Source of the DNA: Nitrospirota bacterium
GTDB taxonomy: Bacteria; Nitrospirota; UBA9217
Direction: 5' to 3'
DNA: 62,935 nt
NCBI GenBank assembly: GCA_045403145.1
Contig: JAXIPA010000177.1
Location: 1-62,935, forward strand
The position numbers and the translations under genes are program-made. The notes under the pieces were generated by a model. That model was not told the origin of the DNA and ran no database searches. It saw nothing but the letters and a program-made list of their open reading frames with translations. Positions 36,897 through 44,653 of the stretch are shown in pieces. The number at the start of each line of letters is the position of its first letter. Position 1 is the first letter of the stretch.

Positions 36897-37659
36897 CGCC
36901 ATAGGGACGCCGGACCTTCTCGCGGTTTTCCGGCGGGCATTTCTGATCCAGGCATCGTGGAGCTTCGACCGGATGCAGACCCTGGGTTTCGCGTACGCCA
37001 TGGAGCCGGTGCTTAAAAAACTCTATCCGGACCAGGCTGAATACGAGGCCCGGATGAGGGTCCATCTGGAATATTTCAATACCCAGCCCTACTTCGCCTC
37101 CTTCATCCTTGGCGCGGCCGTGCGGATGGAACAGGACCGGGCAGAGGGCAGGAACAGGGATGCGGACGTGGCCGGTCTCAAGGCGGCGCTTATGGCGCCG
37201 CTCGGCGCCCTCGGCGACAGTTTCTTCTGGGGTGCCCTGAAACCGTTCGCTGCGGTTGCCGCCGTCGCCTTGCTCATGACCGGGGCCTGGTGGGCGCCGA
37301 TTTTTTTTCTCGCGTTTTTCAACATCTGGCATGTCGGTCTCAGGCTCGGCCTGCTGTTCTGGGGCTATTCAAGCGGCGGAGACGCCGTTTCACTCATGGC
37401 AAGGTTTCGCTTTACGAAAATGACAAAGCGGTTGAAGGTGCTTTCGCTCATCCTGCTTGGGTGCATTCCGGGCATGATGCCCTTATGGCGACCGGAGTTC
37501 AGTCTTGCGTACGGCGTCCCCGCCGCAGTGGTCATGCCGGCGGGGCTGGCCTTTATGCTCCTGTTGGTCGAGGTCATTCGGAGAGGGGTCTCTCCGGTAA
37601 AACTCATGCTCGGGCTGGCCGCTCTCTCCCTTGCCCTGGCGTTCGCGGGAGTGCTCTGA
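36880..37659 (+). CDS. PTS mannose-family EIID component
   Basis: 259 aa. Contains FRRAFLIQASWSFDRMQTLGFAYAMEP and FNTQPYFASF, typical of IID-Man. Confidence 0.8.
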   Translation: MNGGRDAIGTPDLLAVFRRAFLIQASWSFDRMQTLGFAYAMEPVLKKLYPDQAEYEARMRVHLEYFNTQPYFASFILGAAVRMEQDRAEGRNRDADVAGLKAALMAPLGALGDSFFWGALKPFAAVAAVALLMTGAWWAPIFFLAFFNIWHVGLRLGLLFWGYSSGGDAVSLMARFRFTKMTKRLKVLSLILLGCIPGMMPLWRPEFSLAYGVPAAVVMPAGLAFMLLLVEVIRRGVSPVKLMLGLAALSLALAFAGVL

Positions 37660-37928
37660 TGAAGGAAAAAGAATTGTTGATCGAAAATAAGCTGGGCCTT
37701 CATGCGCGGGCGGCGGCCCAGATCGTGAAGACCGCGAGCGCGTACAGCTCGAAGGTCACTTTCATGAAAGACGGCCTGGAGGTCGACGGCAAGAGCATCA
37801 TGGGGATCATGATGCTTGCGGCGGCCAGAGGGAGCACCGTCCGCCTCGCGGTGCAGGGAGAGGATGAAAAGCAGGCAGCCACAGATCTGGAGAAGTTGTT
37901 CAGGGACAAGTTCGGGGAAAAGGAATAA
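37659..37928 (+). CDS. ptsH: phosphocarrier protein HPr
   Basis: 89 aa with an ATGA overlap with EIID (inside track ORF 37290..37928). NKLGLHARAAA provides His15. VDGKSIMGIMML provides the Ser46 context for HprK. Confidence 0.9.
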   Translation: MKEKELLIENKLGLHARAAAQIVKTASAYSSKVTFMKDGLEVDGKSIMGIMMLAAARGSTVRLAVQGEDEKQAATDLEKLFRDKFGEKE

Positions 37929-38006
37929 GTTCAGAGTTCAGGGTTCAAAGTTCAAAGTTTGGGATAGAGAAAATCACAGTACGGAGTACAAAGTACGGAG
38001 TATAGG
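37929..38006. repeat. two adjacent direct heptamer arrays (GTTCARR x4 then AGTACRR x4)
   Basis: GTTCAGA GTTCAGG GTTCAAA GTTCAAA GTTTGGG ATAGAGA AAATCAC AGTACGG AGTACAA AGTACGG AGTATAG. The two halves are not complementary to each other. It fills the ptsH-ptsI gap. Confidence 0.8.
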
Positions 38007-38014
38007 AACCAGTA

Positions 38015-39769
38015 ATGCACGAAAAAACGTATAGAGGCATCGTGGCGTCGCCCGGCATCGTCATCGGGCGGGCCTACCTTCTGGACCGGCGCAAGGTGGT
38101 CGTTGCGGGCAGGCGGATCGAGGATGCCAGCGTCAAGGACGAGGTTGCGCGGTTCAGGAAGGCGGTTGAGCTTTCCAAGGCCCAGCTCGAGGACCTGAAG
38201 AAACGGTTCACCCGGGGGCTCGGGAAGTCCCACCTCTACATCCTCGAAACACATATCATGCTGCTCGAGGACAAGATGCTCGTCGACGGCGCCGTCAAGC
38301 GGATCAAAGAGTCGCTCCTAAACGCCGAGGGAGCGCTCAAGGAAACGATCGCCGCCATCGGCGAGAAGTTCGATACCATCGAGGACGAGTATCTGCGGGA
38401 ACGGAAACACGACGTGGAACAGGTCGGCGAGCGTATTCTCCGGAACCTCGTCGGCCATAAGCAGGAAAGCCTCGCGGACATCAAGGAAGAGGCCGTGATC
38501 ATAGCTCACGACCTCGCACCCAGCGATACTCTCATGATGCGGAAGGACAAGATCCTCGGGTTCGCCACGGACGCGGGCAGCCGGACGTCCCATACCGCTA
38601 TTCTGGCCCGCTCGCTCGGCATCCCGGCCGCTGTCGGCCTCGAGAACATTACGGCGTCGGTCAAGACCGGCGATGTCGTGATCCTCGACGGCATCCACGG
38701 CGTGGTGGTCGTCGATCCCGACGAAGAGACCTTCCTCGAATATCTCAAAAAACAGCAAAAATATAAATATTTCGAGCTGGAGCTGGAGAAGCTCAAAACG
38801 CTGCCGGCCGAGACGCTTGACGGCCACGTCATTCATCTCCAGGGCAACATAGAATTGCCCGAGGAGGCCATGTCCACCGCGGAACACGGCGGCGCCGGCA
38901 TCGGTCTCTATCGTACGGAGTTTCTGTTCCTGAACCGGACGACCATGCCGACGGAAGAAGAGCACTACCATGCGTACCGCCACGTGGCGGAGCGGACGGC
39001 GCCTCACGAAGTGGTGATCCGGACGCTCGACGTGGGAGGGGACAAGGTCTGGCCGGAGGGCGGTTTCGAGAAAGAGGCGAACCCCGCGCTCGGCCTGCGG
39101 GCGATCAGGTTCTGCCTGCAGAAGAGGGACATTTTCAAGACCCAGCTCCGGGGCATTCTCCGGGCTTCCGCTCACGACAATGTCAAGATCCTGGTCCCCA
39201 TGATTTCCGGTCTGCCGGAACTGTATGAGACGAAGAAGATGGTTGAGGAAGTGAAGGACGAACTCAGGTCCGAGGGCAAGGCGTTCAACGAAGCGGTCAA
39301 GATCGGCGTCATGATCGAGATCCCGTCGGCCGCTCTGATAGCGGATCTGCTGGCGCGGGAAGTAGATTTTTTCAGCGTCGGCACCAACGACCTGATCCAG
39401 TACACGCTCGCCATCGACCGGCAGAACGAGCACGTCGCCTACATGTATGAGCCGCTTGATCCGGCCGTGCTTCGTCTGCTCCACTACGTGTCCGGCGCGG
39501 CGCGGGAGGCGAAGATCCCACTCGCGATGTGCGGCGAGATGGCCGGCGATCCCCTTTACGCCGCTATCCTTCTCGGCATGGGGTTTCAGCACCTCAGCAT
39601 GAACGTGGCATCGATACCCTGGGTCAAAAAAGTGATACGGTCGGTCCGCATGCAGGACGCGATCGAGCTCGCCTCGCTCGTCATGCAGCAACCCACAGCC
39701 GCGCTTGCTAGGAAAACGGCCGAAAACTTCATGGAAGAGCGGTTCCCGGATTTGATGGCGGAGATGTGA
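38015..39769 (+). CDS. ptsI: phosphoenolpyruvate-protein phosphotransferase (Enzyme I)
   Basis: 584 aa. Contains GSRTSHTAILARSLGIPAV (phospho-His), GLYRTEFLF and the C-terminal CGEMAGDP. Confidence 0.93.
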   Translation: MHEKTYRGIVASPGIVIGRAYLLDRRKVVVAGRRIEDASVKDEVARFRKAVELSKAQLEDLKKRFTRGLGKSHLYILETHIMLLEDKMLVDGAVKRIKESLLNAEGALKETIAAIGEKFDTIEDEYLRERKHDVEQVGERILRNLVGHKQESLADIKEEAVIIAHDLAPSDTLMMRKDKILGFATDAGSRTSHTAILARSLGIPAAVGLENITASVKTGDVVILDGIHGVVVVDPDEETFLEYLKKQQKYKYFELELEKLKTLPAETLDGHVIHLQGNIELPEEAMSTAEHGGAGIGLYRTEFLFLNRTTMPTEEEHYHAYRHVAERTAPHEVVIRTLDVGGDKVWPEGGFEKEANPALGLRAIRFCLQKRDIFKTQLRGILRASAHDNVKILVPMISGLPELYETKKMVEEVKDELRSEGKAFNEAVKIGVMIEIPSAALIADLLAREVDFFSVGTNDLIQYTLAIDRQNEHVAYMYEPLDPAVLRLLHYVSGAAREAKIPLAMCGEMAGDPLYAAILLGMGFQHLSMNVASIPWVKKVIRSVRMQDAIELASLVMQQPTAALARKTAENFMEERFPDLMAEM

Positions 39770-39772
39770 CGC

Positions 39773-39836
39773 AATTTCGGAATGCGGAATGTGGACCGGG
39801 CAGCTCTTGAAATTTAATCAGCAATCCGCATTCCGC
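39773..39836. repeat. heptamer-periodic inverted repeat (GCGGAAT word family)
   Basis: AATTTCG GAATGCG GAATGTG ... TAATCAG CAATCCG CATTCCG CC. It starts a few nt after the ptsI stop and abuts the 40-nt motif at 39836. Confidence 0.7.
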
Positions 39837-39875
39837 CTGCACCCAGCGCTTACGAGTGCTTAGCGCGAGTGCAGG
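39836..39875 (+). repeat. copy 2 of the ~40-nt conserved palindromic motif
   Basis: CCTGCACCCAGCGCTTACGAGTGCTTAGCGCGAGTGCAGG, located between ptsI and the cobD-like gene. Confidence 0.75.
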
Positions 39876-39887
39876 GCGAAATCCGGA

Positions 39888-41036
39888 ATGGAGAGGGAGT
39901 ACAGCGTGCCGAATACGGAATGCGAAGCAGACCGGCTGGCAAATGCCGGAGAAACAGACCGAAAGACAACCCGGGCCCACGGCGGAAACATTTATCAGGC
40001 TGCGCGGCAGTTCGGCATCGATGCAAGGAAAATCATCGATTTCAGCTCGAACGTAAACCCGCTTGGGCCTTCCTCGCTCGCGAAGCGCGCGGCAAAGAGG
40101 TCTCTCTCGGTCATCGGCAGCTATCCGGACCCGGAGATGACCGACCTCCGGAGGGCGATTGCGCGGTACTTCGGCATCAAGCCCGAACAGGTCCTGTGCG
40201 GCAACGGCGCAAATGACCTTATTCATCTCATTCCGCGCGTGTTCAGACCGAAGAACGTGCTCGTTCTCGCGCCGACCTTCCCGGAATATGCTTTCGCGGC
40301 AGCGGACGCGGGAAGTAATGTGGTGACGCTTTCGCTCAAGGAGCGTGACGGGTTCCGCGTGGACCCGGTGGAAATGGCCTTTGCGCTCAAGGGCGTTGAC
40401 CTGGCGTTCCTGTGCAACCCGAACAATCCCACCGGCCAGCTCATTCCGAAGGCCGAGATGCTCGAGATTGCGCGGTACGCGCTGCAGCAGGGCGTGAGGC
40501 TCGTGGTGGACGAAGCGTTCATGGATTTCATCGGCTCCGAATCGATCGTCAAGGAAGCGGTGCAGACGTCGAACGTCATCTGTCTCCGGACCTTCACGAA
40601 ATTTTTCGGCATGCCCGGCCTGCGGACCGGCTACGCGGTGTCCGATGAAACGACCATCGCCGCCCTGCGGGACGGACAGGAGCCGTGGACCGTGAGCATT
40701 CCGGCGGAGCAGGCCGCGATCGCCGCGCTGAACGATTGGGGGCACAGCAAGAAGACCCTCCGCCTCATCGAGAAGGAACGGGACCGCCTGATCGCCGCGC
40801 TCCGGCTTTTGCCCGGCGTGGAAACCTTTGCCGGCGGAGTCGCGAACTTCATCCTCATCAAATGCATCTCCGCCGACACGTACGCGCTTCGGCACAAGCT
40901 GGGCTCGCGCGGCATGCTGGTGCGGGACTGCTCCTCCTTCCCCGGACTCGACGACCGCTACATCAGGATTTCGGTCAGGACAAGGTGCGACAATCGCCGG
41001 CTCATCAAGGCGCTGCGGGAGCTGCTGATTTCGTGA
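39888..41036 (+). CDS. class I/II PLP enzyme, likely threonine-phosphate decarboxylase CobD (or histidinol-phosphate aminotransferase-like)
   Basis: 382 aa. Has an N-terminal HGGNIY motif and FSSNVNPLGP, NPNNPTG, and TFTKFFGMPGLRTGY (PLP lysine). The start codon is uncertain. Confidence 0.65.
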   Translation: MEREYSVPNTECEADRLANAGETDRKTTRAHGGNIYQAARQFGIDARKIIDFSSNVNPLGPSSLAKRAAKRSLSVIGSYPDPEMTDLRRAIARYFGIKPEQVLCGNGANDLIHLIPRVFRPKNVLVLAPTFPEYAFAAADAGSNVVTLSLKERDGFRVDPVEMAFALKGVDLAFLCNPNNPTGQLIPKAEMLEIARYALQQGVRLVVDEAFMDFIGSESIVKEAVQTSNVICLRTFTKFFGMPGLRTGYAVSDETTIAALRDGQEPWTVSIPAEQAAIAALNDWGHSKKTLRLIEKERDRLIAALRLLPGVETFAGGVANFILIKCISADTYALRHKLGSRGMLVRDCSSFPGLDDRYIRISVRTRCDNRRLIKALRELLIS

Positions 41037-41240
41037 AAACACTTTGCAAAAATCACCTCTCTGTGATAGAGTACTTTTTGAACCATATGAAATCACGAAG
41101 GATTTTTGCCGAGCTTGCGGAAAAAATGCCCTCAATTGCCGCGGGATAGTTCTTCTTTTCCCGTTGGGGGCGGCCGGCAAAGCTCGAATTGATTTTCATT
41201 CCCCTGACGCGCCGGGGGGATGAAAATCGGAGGACAGGTC

Positions 41241-41435
41241 ATGGAACCGATCATGTGTCCCTTTTGCGGAGGGACGAACCTCTTTCAGGAAGACGACTAC
41301 AGCCTCGAGATGGATTTCGAATACTGGACCATTCACCACTGGGAGTGTCTGGACTGCGCGCAGTCATTCGACAAAATAGAGATCCTGCCCGCTTCCAACG
41401 CCTTCGAGGAAATCAATGAAAGCACCATCCACTGA
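41241..41435 (+). CDS. small zinc-ribbon hypothetical protein
   Basis: 64 aa starting from the ATG preceded by GGAGGACAGGTC. CPFCGG ... CLDC forms a CxxC-N31-CxxC arrangement. I recognise no family. Confidence 0.45.
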   Translation: MEPIMCPFCGGTNLFQEDDYSLEMDFEYWTIHHWECLDCAQSFDKIEILPASNAFEEINESTIH

Positions 41436-41484
41436 GGATTTGCGATTGACGATATCTGATTGCTGATGCTCTATCTGAAACACC

Positions 41485-41570
41485 GGATTCCCGATTAAAC
41501 CTTCGGGAATGACATTTATCAATCATTTTTTCGTCATCCCCGAGTTCTTCTATCGGGGATATGGTTCAAG
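41485..41570. repeat. two GTCATYCCCG...CGGGRAT palindromic units (one inverted, one direct)
   Basis: GGATTCCCGATTAAACCTTCGGGAATGAC at 41485..41513, and GTCATCCCCGAGTTCTTCTATCGGGGATATGGTTCAAG at 41533..41570. Confidence 0.8.
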
Positions 41571-41648
41571 ATGCTGGGGTAGTTGAGTCGAGTGGATATC
41601 CCTATAACTTCTTGAACAACCGTCAATCATAAATCCAAAGCAGAACGA

Positions 41649-42824
41649 ATGACAACGGAATCCATCAATAACGTGCAAGAACACTCGACAGCATCTCCGC
41701 CGCAGCCGCCGATTTCGGACAGGCCGACGGCGGCGCGCATCGATCTTGCCGCTCTCGAACACAATTACCGGGAAGTGGTCCGCCGCGCAGAAGGCCGCAA
41801 GGTCCTCGTTGTCGTCAAGGCCCGGGCCTACGGCCACGGCGCGGCGACGGTTTCCCGCCGTCTCCTGGAACGGGGCGCCGACATGCTCGGTGTGGCCATC
41901 GTCGAAGAGGGGCGGGAGCTGCGCGAGGCCGGCATCAACGCGCCGGTCCTGGTCATGGGCCCGCTCTTTCCCGGGCAGGCCGCCGCGGTCGTCGCATTGC
42001 GGCTGACGCCGGCCGTCTTCACGATGCCGTTTGCGCTGGCCCTTGCTCAGGCCGCGCAGGAGCGGAACGCGAGAGTTTCCGTTCACGTGAAGATCGATAC
42101 GGGAATGGGCAGGATCGGCATTCCGCCCGAGACCGCGCCGGATTTTATCGCGGACCTTCAACGTCTCGGCAACATCGACGTAGAGGGGCTCATGACGCAC
42201 TTTGCCGACGCCGACCTCCGGGACAAGGCGTTTGCGTCAAGACAGATGGACCGCTTCGAGGCGCTCCTCAAAACGCTCGACGCCCGGGGGACCCGCATCC
42301 CGCTGCGCCACGCCGCCAACAGCGCGGCCGTGCTCGATTTCCGCCGCGCGCTCTTTACCATGGTCAGGCCCGGCCTGATGCTGTACGGATACAATCCCCT
42401 TGAGGCGGGCCTGAACAAGGCGGACCTCATGCCGGTGCTTTCGCTCGTAACGCGCATCGCTTTACTGAAGAACGTGCCGGCGGGCGTCCCGATCAGCTAT
42501 GGCCGGACGTTCACGACCCGGCGCGAAAGCCTCATCGCCACGCTGCCGATCGGATACGCCGACGGGTACAGCCGCGGGCTTTCGAACAAGGCAGAGGCGC
42601 TCGTGCGCGGCTCGCGCGCGCCGATCGTGGGCCGGGTGTGCATGGACATGTGCATGATCGACGTGACCGGCGTCGCCGGGGTCCGCGAAGGAGACGAGGT
42701 CGCGCTGATCGGCGGCCAGGGCAAGGAACGGATCACGGCGGACGAACTGGCCGAAAAAACGGGAACGATTTCGTACGAGGTGCTTTGTGGAATCAGCGCT
42801 CGGGTCCCGAGGATTTATGACTAG
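41649..42824 (+). CDS. alr: alanine racemase
   Basis: 391 aa. VVKARAYGHG contains the PLP lysine. Also contains HVKIDTGMGRIG, GYADGY and VCMDM. Confidence 0.92.
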   Translation: MTTESINNVQEHSTASPPQPPISDRPTAARIDLAALEHNYREVVRRAEGRKVLVVVKARAYGHGAATVSRRLLERGADMLGVAIVEEGRELREAGINAPVLVMGPLFPGQAAAVVALRLTPAVFTMPFALALAQAAQERNARVSVHVKIDTGMGRIGIPPETAPDFIADLQRLGNIDVEGLMTHFADADLRDKAFASRQMDRFEALLKTLDARGTRIPLRHAANSAAVLDFRRALFTMVRPGLMLYGYNPLEAGLNKADLMPVLSLVTRIALLKNVPAGVPISYGRTFTTRRESLIATLPIGYADGYSRGLSNKAEALVRGSRAPIVGRVCMDMCMIDVTGVAGVREGDEVALIGGQGKERITADELAEKTGTISYEVLCGISARVPRIYD

Positions 42825-43587
42825 CTGGCTGGAGTTTGTGGGCCGCAGGACCTCGGCCGTGTTCGCCGAGGTGGGCGCGGTCCTCGTTTTTCTGCTGCAG
42901 ACGCTCCGCTGGACCGTAAGCCGGCCGTTCTATCTGAAGAGCGTGCTGAAGCAGATGGAGCAGATCGGGTTCAACTCGATCCCGGTCGTGCTCACCACGG
43001 CGCTCTCCACCGGCATGGTGCTGGCCCTTCAGAGCTATACGGGCTTCAAGCGGTTCGGCGCCGAAACGCTCATCGGCACGGTCGTCTCGCTTTCCATGAC
43101 GAGGGAACTGGGGCCGGTCCTTACCGGCCTGATGGTCGCGGGCAGGGCCGGCGCGGCCATGGCCGCGGAACTCGGCACGATGCGCGTGACGGAGCAGATC
43201 GACGCGCTCACGACCCTCGCAACGAACCCGATGAAGTACCTGGTCGTTCCCCGGTTCGTCGCGAGCACGGTGATGATGTTCTTTCTCACCATCCTCGGCA
43301 TGATCATCGGCATCATCGGCGGATATTTCGTGGGCGTGAAAGTGCTGGGCACGAACCCGGTCACCTATATCAACAACAGCATCAACTACACCGAGGTGAC
43401 GGACATCTGGTACGGGCTGATCAAGGCGCTCGTCTTCGGCGCCGTGATAGGCATCATCGGCTGCTACAAGGGATTCAACACCGAAGGCGGGGCCGAAGGC
43501 GTAGGCAAGGCGACGACCGGCGCCGTGGTGGTCTCGTGCATGCTGATCCTGATCCTGGATTATTTCCTGTCCGCTCTGTTATGGTGA
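42817..43587 (+). CDS. mlaE: MlaE-family ABC transporter permease
   Basis: Starts at MTSWLEF and overlaps the alr stop. Contains TRELGPVLTGLMVAGRAGAAMAAELGTMRVTEQIDAL, diagnostic of MlaE/YrbE. Confidence 0.88.
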   Translation: MTSWLEFVGRRTSAVFAEVGAVLVFLLQTLRWTVSRPFYLKSVLKQMEQIGFNSIPVVLTTALSTGMVLALQSYTGFKRFGAETLIGTVVSLSMTRELGPVLTGLMVAGRAGAAMAAELGTMRVTEQIDALTTLATNPMKYLVVPRFVASTVMMFFLTILGMIIGIIGGYFVGVKVLGTNPVTYINNSINYTEVTDIWYGLIKALVFGAVIGIIGCYKGFNTEGGAEGVGKATTGAVVVSCMLILILDYFLSALLW

Positions 43588-43623
43588 GGATGGCAGTGAA
43601 GAGTGAATGGCAAAAAGTGATGG
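43588..43623. repeat. purine-rich direct heptamer array (AGTGAAR words), left part
   Basis: GGATGG CAGTGAA GAGTGAA TGGCAAA AAGTGAT GG, directly after the mlaE stop. A similar purine-rich array resumes at 43745..43770, on the far side of the MITE-like element. Confidence 0.55.
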
Positions 43624-43625
43624 TT

Positions 43626-43740
43626 TCGTAAAAAGTCGTCATTCCCGCTTGTCGGGAATCGGAGTGCATAACGCACGGAAAAGGAAGGATTCCGGACAAG
43701 CCGGAATGACACCGTAGAGGCTATCTCCGACTTTTTACGA
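43626..43740. mobile_element. 115-bp MITE-like element bounded by perfect 13-bp terminal inverted repeats
   Basis: TCGTAAAAAGTCG at 43626..43638 and CGACTTTTTACGA at 43728..43740. They enclose GTCATTCCCGCTTGTCGGGAATC and the inverted GGATTCCGGACAAGCCGGAATGAC. The element has no coding capacity and lies between mlaE and mlaF. Confidence 0.55.
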
Positions 43741-43744
43741 GTTC

Positions 43745-43770
43745 ATCAAAAGTGGAAAGTAAAAAAAATT
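43745..43770. repeat. purine-rich direct heptamer array, right part
   Basis: ATCAAAA GTGGAAA GTAAAAA AAATT, immediately upstream of the mlaF start. Confidence 0.5.
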
Positions 43771-43776
43771 GAATCT

Positions 43777-44529
43777 ATGGCAATGATTGAGATCATCAAT
43801 CTGCACAGGAGTTTCGGCAGGCTGCACGTGCTCCGCGGTATAAACCTCACGGTGGAAAAAGGCGAGAGCATGACCGTGATCGGCGGCAGCGGCAGCGGCA
43901 AGAGCGTGTTGATCAAACACATCATCGGGCTGCTGTTTCCGGACAAGGGCAAGGTGGTCGTGGACGGGCAGGCGCTGAACGACCTCGATGAGTTCGGCCT
44001 GAACGAGATGCGGAAGAAGTTCGGCATGCTGTTCCAGATGGCCGCGCTTTTCGATTCGCTCACGGTCTGGGAGAACGTGGGGTTTTCCCTGAAGCGCCAT
44101 ACGAAACTGTCCGACCGGGAGATTCGGAAGATCGCGACCGAAAAGCTCGCACTCGTGGGCCTGAAGGACGTGGAGGACAAGATGCCGTCGGAACTTTCCG
44201 GCGGCATGAAAAAGAGGGTCGGGCTCGCCCGGGCGATCGCCATGGACGCGGCGATCATTCTTTACGATGAGCCCACGACTGGCCTGGACCCGATCGCGGC
44301 CGACGCCATCAACGATCTGATCGTGGACCTGCGGAAGAAGCTCGGCGTCACTTCCGTGGCCATCACCCACGACATGCACAGCGCGTACAAGATCTCGGAC
44401 CGGATCGCCATGCTGTACAAGGGCGAGATCCTGGAGGTCGGCACGCCCGAGGAAATCAAGGGAACGACGAACCCCATCGTCCGCCAGTTCATCACGGGAA
44501 GCGCGGTGGGGCCGATTACCGCAGAGTGA
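43777..44529 (+). CDS. mlaF: MlaF-family ABC transporter ATPase
   Basis: 250 aa. Contains GGSGSGKSV, LSGGMKKRVGLARA and ILYDEPTTGLDP. Confidence 0.88.
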   Translation: MAMIEIINLHRSFGRLHVLRGINLTVEKGESMTVIGGSGSGKSVLIKHIIGLLFPDKGKVVVDGQALNDLDEFGLNEMRKKFGMLFQMAALFDSLTVWENVGFSLKRHTKLSDREIRKIATEKLALVGLKDVEDKMPSELSGGMKKRVGLARAIAMDAAIILYDEPTTGLDPIAADAINDLIVDLRKKLGVTSVAITHDMHSAYKISDRIAMLYKGEILEVGTPEEIKGTTNPIVRQFITGSAVGPITAE

Positions 44530-44532
44530 AGC

Positions 44533-44639
44533 GATTGCGGACTTCGGATCTCGGAATGCGGATTGAAAACCATTGAAAACCGCCTATCAGGTCGTTTGAT
44601 GGAATTTATTCCGCAAGTCGCAATCCGAAATCCGCAATG
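44533..44639. repeat. heptamer-periodic inverted repeat (GCGGAAT word family) with conserved centre
   Basis: The arms are GATTGCG GACTTCG GATCTCG GAATGCG GATTGAA and TTATTCC GCAAGTC GCAATCC GAAATCC GCAATG. The centre GAAAACCATTGAAAACCGCCTATCAGGTCGTTTGATGGAATTTATTCC is homologous to 35051..35098. It fills the mlaF-mlaD gap. Confidence 0.8.
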
Positions 44640-44653
44640 AGAACGGAGTTTTC

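Noticed and set aside
39729-41180. A 483-aa minus-strand ORF opposite the cobD-like gene.
   Set aside because: It has an Arg/Pro/Gly-rich composition typical of antisense frames in GC-rich DNA and no motifs. The plus-strand frame has clear PLP-enzyme motifs.
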